Source: Candidatus Magasanikiibacteriota bacterium
GTDB taxonomy: Bacteria > Patescibacteriota > Patescibacteriia > Magasanikbacterales > GWA2-37-8
DNA length: 64,000 nucleotides
Assembly (NCBI GenBank): GCA_016182085.1
Contig: JACOYB010000004.1
Coordinates: forward strand, 211,923-275,922
Direction of reading: 5' to 3'
Shown here: positions 1-6,713 of the stretch, piece by piece
Position numbering within the stretch: the first letter of the stretch is position 1
Layout of the letters: each line of letters starts with the position of its first letter
The notes under the pieces: model-generated
Database searches by the model: none
Told to the model about the DNA's origin: nothing
What the model saw: only the letters and a program-made list of their open reading frames with translations
Translations under genes and position numbers: made by a program

Positions 1-614
1 GGATAGGGAAGTCCGATAAGTTTTGCGCCCTTATCAAAACATTCTCCGGCTGCGTCATCTATGGTCGCGCCTAGAAGCTTGTATTTACCATGATTTTTCA
101 TCAAAATAAGTTCCGTGTGCCCGCCGCTGACCACCAAACATAAAGCAGGAAATTGTATCTCCTTTTTGTCATTCTGAGGTTTTGCCGAAGAATCCCTTTT
201 GTACGACCGAGAGGGATCCTTCACATTGTTCAGGATGACATTGTCGAAATTTTTAATCTGTGTAGAATAAATATGTCCTTCAATGTGGTTTGTAGATACG
301 ATTGGCAAATCAGTTATATAAGATAAAGTTCGAGCAGCTTCTACGCCTACCAGTAATCCGGTAATAAGTCCGGGGCCAGAGGTGACGGCGATAGCGTCTG
401 GTTTTGGTTGGTTCTCAAGTACGGCTTCAATAAGCGGTACGATTTTTTCCGCGTGCATGCGGCCGGCAATTTCCGGCACCACGCCGCCATATTTTTTATG
501 AATATCAATTTGCGAAGCGGTTTTTTCGGATAAAACAAAACAACCCTTATCAGAGCAGTCCAGTAGAGCAACCGAAGTGTCATCGCAAGATGATTCAATA
601 CCGAGTATTAACAT
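1..614 (-). CDS. tsaD: tRNA N6-adenosine threonylcarbamoyltransferase TsaD (Kae1/Gcp), N-terminal part; 3' end lies beyond the window start
   Basis: Reverse-strand translation from the ATG at 614 reads MLILGIESSCDDTSVALL..., the TsaD N-terminus. The frame stays open to position 1. Confidence 0.85.
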   Translation of the reverse strand, partial: MLILGIESSCDDTSVALLDCSDKGCFVLSEKTASQIDIHKKYGGVVPEIAGRMHAEKIVPLIEAVLENQPKPDAIAVTSGPGLITGLLVGVEAARTLSYITDLPIVSTNHIEGHIYSTQIKNFDNVILNNVKDPSRSYKRDSSAKPQNDKKEIQFPALCLVVSGGHTELILMKNHGKYKLLGATIDDAAGECFDKGAKLIGLPY

Positions 615-618
615 ATCG

Positions 619-692
619 TGTCAGGGGAGAGATTCGAACTCTCGACCTCAGCGTTATGAATGCTGTGCTCTAACCAACTGAGCTACCCTGAC
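619..692 (-). tRNA. tRNA with CAT anticodon (elongator Met or lysidine-modified Ile2); no encoded CCA
   Basis: Reverse complement GTCAGGGTAGCTCAGTTGGTTAGAGCACAGCATTCATAACGCTGAGGTCGAGAGTTCGAATCTCTCCCCTGACA folds as a cloverleaf with a 7-bp acceptor stem GTCAGGG/CCCTGAC, D-arm, T-arm GAGAG/CTCTC and a TTCATAA anticodon loop. Confidence 0.8.
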
Positions 693-864
693 TTTTACTC
701 TACAATTAGAGATAATCATACTAAAAATACTCTTCAAAGTCAACCCTGTTAAATTCTTTTATTTACTTCTTATTTCCCTTATGTATAATACATATAGCCG
801 TGGCAGGTGCCTGTAGTTTACAGGCATAAACTACGTAACGCATGGCTAAAGAAAGCGAGGAGTT

Positions 865-1482
865 ATGCGCGTTCTTTTTATCGCCATAGGATTGGTTCTT
901 AGTTTGGTTGCAGGTTGTGGCCGCTTCTCGTACATGAATTTGCGCGAACCTATCTATCTGGTAACAGAGGATAGCTTCTTCGCAGGTTGTGAGAAAGATT
1001 GGCAGGGCCAGGAACAGTGTCGCGAGTGGCGTCGGGATCAAGTAAAGGCAGGCATTAGTCAGTGGTTCAGGTTTTTCACCAAGAAAACTAGACCCAAGGT
1101 GTACATTGTTGGGTCAACTAGTGAAATTCCAAACGGCATGATTAACCGGCCGATTCGTTTGCGAGTCCAGCCGGGTCTTTGCAAAGACCCTGATCCAGGT
1201 GAAGCGGGCGCTTGTTACAGGCAGAATTATTTTTGGTCGTCGCCAGAGATGGTATTTGATACAGAACAGCAGATCTTGCAAGCTATGGTAGCTCACGAGT
1301 TTGGTCACGCGCTTGGGCTGAACCATTATGAAAGAGCAGGCAAAGATCGCTCTGTTATGTCGGCGGGCGAAGTAGGCGACAATGTGGTCTGGGATGATAT
1401 AGAGCAGGTGTGTAGGGAACATAGGGAATGCCCGGTTTTGGCAGACGCGGAAGAGTACAAGAATGTTGGATTCGTATATTAG
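865..1482 (+). CDS. metzincin-type zinc metalloprotease lipoprotein; GC-rich relative to the host
   Basis: HEFGHALGLNH matches the HExxHxxGxxH zinc-binding signature. The N-terminus has a signal peptide with an LVAGC lipobox. RBS AAGCGAGGAG lies upstream. GC is about 50 %. Confidence 0.7.
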   Translation: MRVLFIAIGLVLSLVAGCGRFSYMNLREPIYLVTEDSFFAGCEKDWQGQEQCREWRRDQVKAGISQWFRFFTKKTRPKVYIVGSTSEIPNGMINRPIRLRVQPGLCKDPDPGEAGACYRQNYFWSSPEMVFDTEQQILQAMVAHEFGHALGLNHYERAGKDRSVMSAGEVGDNVVWDDIEQVCREHRECPVLADAEEYKNVGFVY

Positions 1483-1496
1483 CCCTTCAAGGACCG

Positions 1497-1521
1497 TTCG
1501 TTATCTTGGTCTCGCAATCTT
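1497..1521 (+). terminator. hairpin after the metalloprotease gene
   Basis: GTCTCGC aatcttcggaaa GCGAGAC stem-loop. Confidence 0.4.
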
Positions 1522-1579
1522 CGGAAAGCGAGACTTGTAGTTTTTATCAAATTTTTAAATGGGTATTTTGGGTAACTTA

Positions 1580-1608
1580 TTGACTTTTGCTTTAAAATAT
1601 AGTAGAAT
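1580..1608 (+). promoter_or_regulatory. sigma70-like promoter upstream of tRNA-Glu
   Basis: TTGACT, 17-nt spacer, TAGAAT. Confidence 0.45.
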
Positions 1609-1640
1609 ATTTTCACGTTTATAAAAATTTAGCTATACAC

Positions 1641-1713
1641 GGCCTCATCGTCTAATGGTTAGGACATTGCCCTTTCAAGGCGAAAATACGGGTTCAATTC
1701 CCGTTGGGGCTAC
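1641..1713 (+). tRNA. tRNA-Glu (TTC)
   Basis: GGCCTCATCGTCTAATGGTTAGGAC...CTTTCAA anticodon loop...GGGTTCAATTCCCGTTGGGGCTA. Typical tRNA-Glu D-arm; acceptor stem has G-U wobbles. Confidence 0.8.
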
Positions 1714-1723
1714 AAATCGAAAC

Positions 1724-1766
1724 ACCTTCATGCAAATGATGGTGTTTTCGTGTAAGGTTACAGGTG
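1724..1766. repeat. hairpin repeat (aacaccTtcatgCaaatgatggtgttttcgtgtaagGttacag), copy 1, directly 3' of tRNA-Glu
   Basis: Near-identical copy at 4274-4316. Contains the perfect inverted repeat AACACCATCAT-gtaa-ATGATGGTGTT. Confidence 0.7.
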
Positions 1767-1844
1767 TAGTTGTATATGTGGCTACAACTTGTTGCTAGTT
1801 AAGGTATATGTTATTCTTAATTTAAGATTTTTAATCAAAATTTT

Positions 1845-2405
1845 ATGAATATGCGCGAAAGAGGAGGTCGTAGACAGAATGAGGCGCAGATGATTAAGGC
1901 AGAAATGGATAGTGATAATGAGAAGCATAACCCAAGTTGGGAGGAGTTAGAGAAAGAGGATATTTTAACTAAGCAAAAGGCGGAAGAGGAAAAGTTAAAA
2001 ACTAAACAAATAGAAGAGCAAAAGATAGAGCGGGAGAAGTTGTTGATTAAACAATTTGAGCAGTTGATAAAAAAATATCTTCAGCTTGTCCAAAAGTATA
2101 AAGCTACAGGTGAAATAATTGATGATAAGTTAAAAGATGAATTAATCCAGGATAGCCAAAGTATTTATCAGCAACTACTGAAATCGAAAGGACTGTTTGG
2201 TTATAATGGGGATGAATTCCTTTCTCTTCTGGGAAGAGCTTATAAGAACGTGGCAAAGCCAACAGCAGATGAAAAAAATTCCATTCTTTTTGCAAGAAGA
2301 AAAGAATCTTCAACTACAGAAGATGAAAATATTATAATTGGCAGGTATGTTGATGAAGGAATGGATTTGTTCTATGGTGATGTGATAGTAGGCTTACCTC
2401 ATTGA
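1845..2405 (+). CDS. hypothetical Lys/Glu-rich coiled-coil protein; low GC; first cassette of the array
   Basis: 186-aa ORF with host-like composition, followed by 33-bp repeat copy 1. Confidence 0.45.
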   Translation: MNMRERGGRRQNEAQMIKAEMDSDNEKHNPSWEELEKEDILTKQKAEEEKLKTKQIEEQKIEREKLLIKQFEQLIKKYLQLVQKYKATGEIIDDKLKDELIQDSQSIYQQLLKSKGLFGYNGDEFLSLLGRAYKNVAKPTADEKNSILFARRKESSTTEDENIIIGRYVDEGMDLFYGDVIVGLPH

Positions 2406-2457
2406 TGCTACGTATTAATAAGCTGGAATGGTTTATTGTGACATTATTAGATAGCTA

Positions 2458-2493
2458 GAATAAAGTTTGCCAAGTGTCTCGATTAACCCTACG
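2458..2493 (+). repeat. 33-bp cassette-boundary direct repeat, copy 1 (AAAGTTTGCCAAGTGTCTCGATTAACCCTACGG)
   Basis: Five copies in the same orientation, at 2458, 4231, 4983, 5546 and 6284. Confidence 0.9.
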
Positions 2494-2496
2494 GAT

Positions 2497-2531
2497 AAAA
2501 AAGACTCCAAATTTATAGGAGTCTTTTTTAT
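2497..2531 (+). terminator. rho-independent terminator-like hairpin
   Basis: AAAAAAGACTCC aaatttat AGGAGTCTTTTTT. Confidence 0.6.
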
Positions 2532-2547
2532 TTTAAAATAAACAATT

Positions 2548-2576
2548 GACGTGTGTTTCTATGTATGTTTAAATTG
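2548..2576 (+). promoter_or_regulatory. sigma70-like promoter ahead of purB
   Basis: TTGACG, 17 nt, near-consensus -10 TTAAAT. RBS GAAAGAAGG sits before the ATG at 2642. Confidence 0.4.
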
Positions 2577-2641
2577 CCATAATTCTGGCCAAAAGCCAGG
2601 CAACAGATTTCAACCAAGCGTACATCGAAAGAAGGCTTGTT

Positions 2642-4081
2642 ATGTCGAGCGACACCTCCCGTTTCCGTCACCCGCTTACGACCCGCTACACCTCGGACGC
2701 CATGCAGGCGCTCTTCTCCGAGGACAAGAAGTTCATGACCTGGCACGACATCTGGATCGTGATCGCGCAGATCCAACAGGCCCTCGGGATCCCGATCACC
2801 GATGGGCAGATCGGCGAGATGGTGGCGGCACGTGGTCATATCAACTACCCGCTCGCTGCCCGTCTGGAGAAGGAGAAGAAGCACGACGTGGTGGCACATG
2901 CCGGGGCGTTCGGGGCGGATTGCCCCAATGCGCAGGCGATCATTCATTACGGCGCGACGAGCTGTGAGGTCACGGACAACGCTGACCTCATCATCATGCG
3001 GGAAGCGCTGGATCTGATCTGCGTTTCTATTGCCAAGGTGATCAACCGGCTGAGTCGCTTCGCTGTACAGTACAGCAGCCTGCCAACGTTGGGTTACACC
3101 CACTTCCAGGCTGCACAGCTCACCACCGTGGGCAAGCGTGCCTGCATGTGGCTGCAAGATCTCGTGATGGATCTCGCGGAACTGGAACGGCTTCGTGCCG
3201 GACTTCGTTTCCGGGGCGCCAAGGGTACCACTGGTACCCAGGCGAGCTTTCTCGAGATCTTTGATGGCAATCACAAGAAGGTGGAAGAACTCGAATCCCG
3301 CTTCGCGGCGGCGTTCGGTTTCAATCACATTTTCGCCATCACTGGTCAGACCTACACGCGTAAGCAGGACTCGGTCGTGTTCCATGCGCTCGCCTCGCTG
3401 GGTGCCACCATCCACAAGATGGCGACGGATCTTCGCCTCCTCGCCCACGAGAAGGAGATCGAAGAACCGTTCGACAAGGATCAGGTGGGCTCTAGTGCCA
3501 TGGCCTACAAGCGCAATCCGATGCGCTGCGAGCGTGCCTGCGGCCTGGCCGAACTGCTCATGAAGTACGGTGGTGTCGGCGTTCACATTCACGCTGATCA
3601 GTGGATGGAACGTACGCTAGATGACAGCGCCATTCGACGGATTGCCATCGCCGAAGCGTTCCTCCTCGCCGACGCGATCCTTATGATCATGCAGAACGTC
3701 TGCGAGGGGCTGGTCGTCTACCCCAAGGTCATCGCACGGAATATTCGGGAGGAGCTGCCATTCATGGCCACCGAGAACTTCATCGTCGCCATGGTGAAGA
3801 AGGGTGGCGATCGTGGGAAAGTCCACGAGCGGATTCGTGTCCACAGCCAAGCCGCTGCACGACGAGTGAAGGAAGAAGGGCTCGATAACAATCTCATCGA
3901 TCTCATCCGGGTTGATTCGTACTTCAGCCCAATCCATGACGAGCTCGATGAGCTCATGAATCCGATCACGTTCATCGGCCGCGCGGCGGAGCAGGTGGAT
4001 CAGTTCCTGGAGACCCAAGTGAACCCGGCCCTCAAGCCCTACCATCAATGTCTCGGCGGAGCTGCTCAGCTCAACGTCTGA
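2642..4081 (+). CDS. purB: adenylosuccinate lyase, eukaryote-like PurB/ADSL clade; very high GC and GC3
   Basis: Fumarate-lyase superfamily motifs [15 protein letters not shown] and [20 protein letters not shown]. Long collinear similarity to human ADSL and B. subtilis PurB. About 62 % GC, with third codon positions almost all G/C. Confidence 0.9.
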   Translation: [479 protein letters not shown]

Positions 4082-4128
4082 TCTGTTCAACTAGTTCGCT
4101 TCACCTAACCGTGGTGGGGTGATCTTTC

Positions 4129-4186
4129 GAGATCTCCCTACCACAGCTTTGTCTATAAAGTTTATGTATAAAGCTGTGGAGATCTC
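4129..4186 (+). repeat. attC-like imperfect palindrome with unpaired bases, copy 1
   Basis: GAGATCTCC[CTAC]CACAGCTTT ... AAAGCTGTGGAGATCTC. The arms are complementary except for 4-5 extra bases on the left arm. Near-identical copy at 5439-5497. Confidence 0.7.
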
Positions 4187-4197
4187 TTCATAATATT

Positions 4198-4222
4198 AAA
4201 AAACACTCATCAGAGTGTTTTT
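4198..4222 (+). terminator. terminator hairpin AAAAACACTCatcaGAGTGTTTTTT
   Basis: Perfect 7-bp stem followed by a T-run. Duplicate at 5508-5535. Confidence 0.6.
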
Positions 4223-4230
4223 TAATATAT

Positions 4231-4264
4231 AGAATAAAGTTTGCCAAGTGTCTCGATTAACCCC
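4231..4264 (+). repeat. 33-bp cassette-boundary repeat, copy 2
   Basis: aaagtttgccaagtgtctcgattaacccc. Confidence 0.9.
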
Positions 4265-4273
4265 ACCATTCCA

Positions 4274-4316
4274 AAACACCATCATGTAAATGATGGTGTT
4301 TTCGTGTAAGATTACA
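4274..4316. repeat. hairpin repeat, copy 2 (see 1724-1766)
   Basis: aacaccatcatgtaaatgatggtgttttcgtgtaagattacag. Confidence 0.7.
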
Positions 4317-4365
4317 GACGTAACGGGTTTGCTTAAATTTAAGATATTTTCAACTCACCGTGCAC

Positions 4366-4394
4366 TTGACATATATCTAAGATATATGTATAAT
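4366..4394 (+). promoter_or_regulatory. perfect-consensus sigma70 promoter
   Basis: TTGACA at 4366-4371, exactly 17 nt, TATAAT at 4389-4394. It drives the toxin-antitoxin pair. Confidence 0.6.
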
Positions 4395-4426
4395 ATATAT
4401 AGTTAAATTAACTAATTTATACAGTT

Positions 4427-4702
4427 ATGACTACGCAAGTAATCTTTAAAATCGATAAAGCTCTTAAAAATAAAGCCATGGCCAAGGCTCAGCGTGAGGG
4501 TATAGCCTTTGCTTCTGTTCTTAAGTTGGCCACGAAAGCCTTTGTTAATGGTGATCTGAACCTAGGTCTGGTTGGTAGTGAACAGTTTAATGTCACCAGC
4601 AATAGAGAAATAAAACAGGCTTTAAAAGATATTGCTAAAAATAAGAATCTTTCGTCAGGTTTTTCTTCAGTCAAAGAAGCTAGGAAGTTCTTAAAAGCGT
4701 AA
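4427..4702 (+). CDS. type II antitoxin, RelB/DinJ family
   Basis: 91-aa protein with DinJ-like N-terminal ribbon-helix-helix region (IDKALKNKAMAKAQREGIAFASVL). Sits 3 nt upstream of a RelE-family toxin gene. Confidence 0.7.
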   Translation: MTTQVIFKIDKALKNKAMAKAQREGIAFASVLKLATKAFVNGDLNLGLVGSEQFNVTSNREIKQALKDIAKNKNLSSGFSSVKEARKFLKA

Positions 4703-4705
4703 TGT

Positions 4706-4960
4706 ATGGAAGTAAAATTCCATAAAAATTTTAAGAAAAGGTTTAAAAAGATTCCTGTAAAAATACAGGAGCAGTTTTACCAACGGTTAGAAGTGTTTTT
4801 AACAGATAAATTTGATAAAACCTTGAATAATCATTCAGTGGGTAAAGCTTTTCCAGATTGTAAAAGCATCAATGTAAGTGGTGACTATCGAGCTATTTTC
4901 CAAGAACAAGGAGATGTGGCTATATTTCTTACCGTCGGCACTCATTCTGAGCTTTATTAA
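4706..4960 (+). CDS. type II toxin, RelE/ParE (YafQ-like) family
   Basis: 84 aa. The C-terminal YRAIFQEQGDVAIFLTVGTHSELY matches the RelE/ParE fold signature. Operon arrangement with the preceding antitoxin. Confidence 0.75.
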   Translation: MEVKFHKNFKKRFKKIPVKIQEQFYQRLEVFLTDKFDKTLNNHSVGKAFPDCKSINVSGDYRAIFQEQGDVAIFLTVGTHSELY

Positions 4961-4982
4961 TATTTAATTGGGCGTTTTGTTA

Positions 4983-5016
4983 AAAAGTTTGCCAAGTGTC
5001 TCGATTAACCCTACGG
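4983..5016 (+). repeat. 33-bp cassette-boundary repeat, copy 3
   Basis: aaaagtttgccaagtgtctcgattaaccctacgg. Confidence 0.9.
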
Positions 5017-5100
5017 CTTTAGAACATGTAGAACCCATGTCTCTGAACAAAAAAGCAACGCAAATAGCGACTGCCTTTTTGTTTTTTAAACATTAGGGTA
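5017..5100 (+). repeat. second repeat family (P-type unit), intact copy
   Basis: CTTTAGAACATGTAGAACCCATGTCTC | TGAACAAAAAAGCAACGCAAATAGCGACTGCCTTTTTGTTTTTTAAACATTAGGGTA. The left half recurs at 6311-6345 and the right half at 6714-6772. Confidence 0.7.
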
Positions 5101-5125
5101 GGGGGATGGGATCGGTATAAGTATA

Positions 5126-5154
5126 TTGACAGACGGGTTAAATAATGGTATAAT
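5126..5154 (+). promoter_or_regulatory. perfect-consensus sigma70 promoter plus palindromic operator-like site
   Basis: TTGACA at 5126-5131, 17 nt, TATAAT at 5149-5154. Followed by the palindrome GTCTGTttgACAGAC, then RBS AAAGGAGG. Confidence 0.6.
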
Positions 5155-5188
5155 TGCCGGTCTGTTTGACAGACAAAGGAGGTCTGCC

Positions 5189-5398
5189 GTGAAAGAGCGT
5201 AAGCATCGGATCATCATCAAGAACCTCGAGGTTACCAACGAGCTCGTGGCCCAGATGACCAAGGATGACCTCGGTCAGATCGAGCTCATCAGCTGGTCGG
5301 TCGAAGATGCCTTCCATTTCCACAGCAGAGTGGCCAACGGCGGTGACACTCTGTACTCGCAGAGTATCATCATTGTGTTGGTCACGTACAGGGACTAA
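5189..5398 (+). CDS. hypothetical small protein (69 aa) in a GC-rich cassette; GTG start
   Basis: Consensus RBS AAAGGAGG lies 6 nt before the GTG at 5189, in frame with the track ORF 5126..5398. About 58 % GC. No recognisable family. Confidence 0.45.
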   Translation: MKERKHRIIIKNLEVTNELVAQMTKDDLGQIELISWSVEDAFHFHSRVANGGDTLYSQSIIIVLVTYRD

Positions 5399-5438
5399 CG
5401 TAGGTCGCCGCATAAGTAGGTGGAGCAATCATCAGTAC

Positions 5439-5497
5439 GAGATCTCCCATCACAGCTATATTCATAATTATTTTATGTATAAAGCTGTGGAGATCTC
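5439..5497 (+). repeat. attC-like imperfect palindrome, copy 2
   Basis: GAGATCTCC[CATC]ACAGCT...AAAGCTGTGGAGATCTC. Confidence 0.7.
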
Positions 5498-5507
5498 TTC
5501 ATAATAT

Positions 5508-5535
5508 TAAAAAACACTCATTAGAGTGTTTTTTA
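5508..5535 (+). terminator. terminator hairpin AAAAACACTCattaGAGTGTTTTTT
   Basis: Duplicate of 4198-4222. Confidence 0.6.
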
Positions 5536-5545
5536 ATATCTGGAA

Positions 5546-5578
5546 AAAAGTTTCCCAAGTGTCTCGATTAACCCTACA
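5546..5578 (+). repeat. 33-bp cassette-boundary repeat, copy 4 (degenerate)
   Basis: aaaaagtttCccaagtgtctcgattaaccctacAc. Confidence 0.85.
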
Positions 5579-5582
5579 CTTT

Positions 5583-5612
5583 TCAAAATCCGCTAACCAT
5601 AGCGGATTTTGT
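5583..5612 (+). terminator. hairpin AAAATCCGCTaaccatAGCGGATTTT
   Basis: Perfect 10-bp stem flanked by T-runs. Confidence 0.5.
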
Positions 5613-5622
5613 GTTTATCATG

Positions 5623-5651
5623 TTGACATAGAGTGCAATTTATGCTATATT
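5623..5651 (+). promoter_or_regulatory. sigma70 promoter
   Basis: TTGACA, 17 nt, TATATT. Confidence 0.5.
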
Positions 5652-5869
5652 ATTTTGTTCTCCTTCGGAGAGCCTGTCTCTGTGTGGGACAGTCAGGGTA
5701 GCGCATAAAAATTTATAAAACAAAGCTATGAGTAGTAGGCCCCCTGTCTAATTAATTTGGGGCTAAGTAAACGAACTATTTTTGTTTGTAGAGCGTTGCC
5801 AAAACCATCAGAACAACCATCTACCCCCTAAGTTTGAAAACTCTGGGGACTTGCCGAATGAGGTGCGTC

Positions 5870-6178
5870 ATGATGTTTGCTCCATGTTACCTTGCGGACA
5901 AATTCGGTGGTGGATTCAACGCCACCGAGCAGGATCACTGGCTGGTCGTACGCGGCCTGCTCATCATGTGGATCCGGGATGCTAATCCCGAAGGGGATTG
6001 GTACCAGCATCTCTCTCGTGCGGTCAACGAGACGAACCGGGTTCTTCGGTTGCTGGGTGTTCCAGACCCCAAGAAGGCTCTCCGTCCGTCCGCCGAACTG
6101 TTCGGCCACTACCACAACGAGGTGTCCAAGCAGTGGGACTGGCTGTACCAGTTGGCCCCCAACGGCTGGGGTCGCTAA
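5870..6178 (+). CDS. hypothetical protein (103 aa) in a GC-rich cassette
   Basis: ORF in the 5834 frame. The most plausible start is ATG 5870, with GAGG 6 nt upstream. About 60 % GC. No recognisable family. Confidence 0.4.
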   Translation: MMFAPCYLADKFGGGFNATEQDHWLVVRGLLIMWIRDANPEGDWYQHLSRAVNETNRVLRLLGVPDPKKALRPSAELFGHYHNEVSKQWDWLYQLAPNGWGR

Positions 6179-6248
6179 AGACGACCGGTGATTGCCCGCA
6201 CCTTAATCTGGCAAGCGACCGAACGAGCGCCTCTCGTTCAATGAACAA

Positions 6249-6282
6249 AAGCAGTCTTTAAGAAAAGGCTGTTTTTGTTTTA
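6249..6282 (+). terminator. terminator-like hairpin
   Basis: AAAAGCAGTCTTTaagaaAAGGCTGTTTTTGTTTT. Confidence 0.45.
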
Positions 6283-6283
6283 A

Positions 6284-6318
6284 AAAAGTTTGCCACCTGA
6301 CTCGATTAACTCTGCGGC
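6284..6318 (+). repeat. 33-bp cassette-boundary repeat, copy 5 (degenerate)
   Basis: aaaaagtttgccaCCtgActcgattaacTctGcgg. Confidence 0.8.
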
Positions 6319-6409
6319 CTTAGGACATGTAGAATTCATCTTTCTAAAAAATGTATGATTGAATATTCCGGTAATTTCTGGTATTGTTTCTGTGTAATTA
6401 CCATTACAT

Positions 6410-6706
6410 ATGCAAAAAGATTTTAACTATTATAATAATAAAGTACTCGATTTTTATGATAAGAAAATTTTTCGTGTTCGTTTAAAAGTTACGAAGTATT
6501 TTTTAATGATAGTGGGCCCGTTTAGTTTGCTTTGGGGATTTTTTGATTTTATACAGCTTTTAGGAGATCGGGTTGCTCCCGAACATATTGCAGACAAAGA
6601 GAGTGATGTGATAATTCGGATTGGGACAGGCGCTGTACTCATCTTAATCTGGTTTATTTTTTTTGTTATCCTAGATAAGGATAAGTCTGAGACATACAGA
6701 CAGTAA
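6410..6706 (+). CDS. hypothetical small membrane protein (two predicted TM helices); low GC
   Basis: 98-aa ORF with two hydrophobic segments. It lies inside a disrupted P-type repeat unit. Confidence 0.45.
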   Translation: MQKDFNYYNNKVLDFYDKKIFRVRLKVTKYFLMIVGPFSLLWGFFDFIQLLGDRVAPEHIADKESDVIIRIGTGAVLILIWFIFFVILDKDKSETYRQ

Positions 6707-6713
6707 CAGGTGT

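Noticed and set aside
347-598. Minus-strand 83-aa ORF inside tsaD region
   Set aside because: Out of frame with the TsaD reading frame, which has clear homology. An overlapping spurious ORF.
2528-3592. Long antisense ORFs (2528..3592 minus, 2551..2967, 2802..3017, 3195..3563, 3617..4090) overlapping purB
   Set aside because: Typical spurious open frames in high-GC DNA. The plus-strand frame has full-length homology to adenylosuccinate lyase.
5126-5188. ATG at 5126 as the start of the 5126..5398 ORF
   Set aside because: That ATG lies inside the -35 hexamer of the consensus promoter. The downstream in-frame GTG at 5189, with AAAGGAGG 6 nt upstream, is the credible start.
2458-6318. Could the five 33-bp direct repeats be a CRISPR array?
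   Set aside because: Spacing between copies is 560-1770 bp and the intervening DNA encodes proteins with promoters and terminators. There are no cas genes. CRISPR spacers are 25-50 bp.
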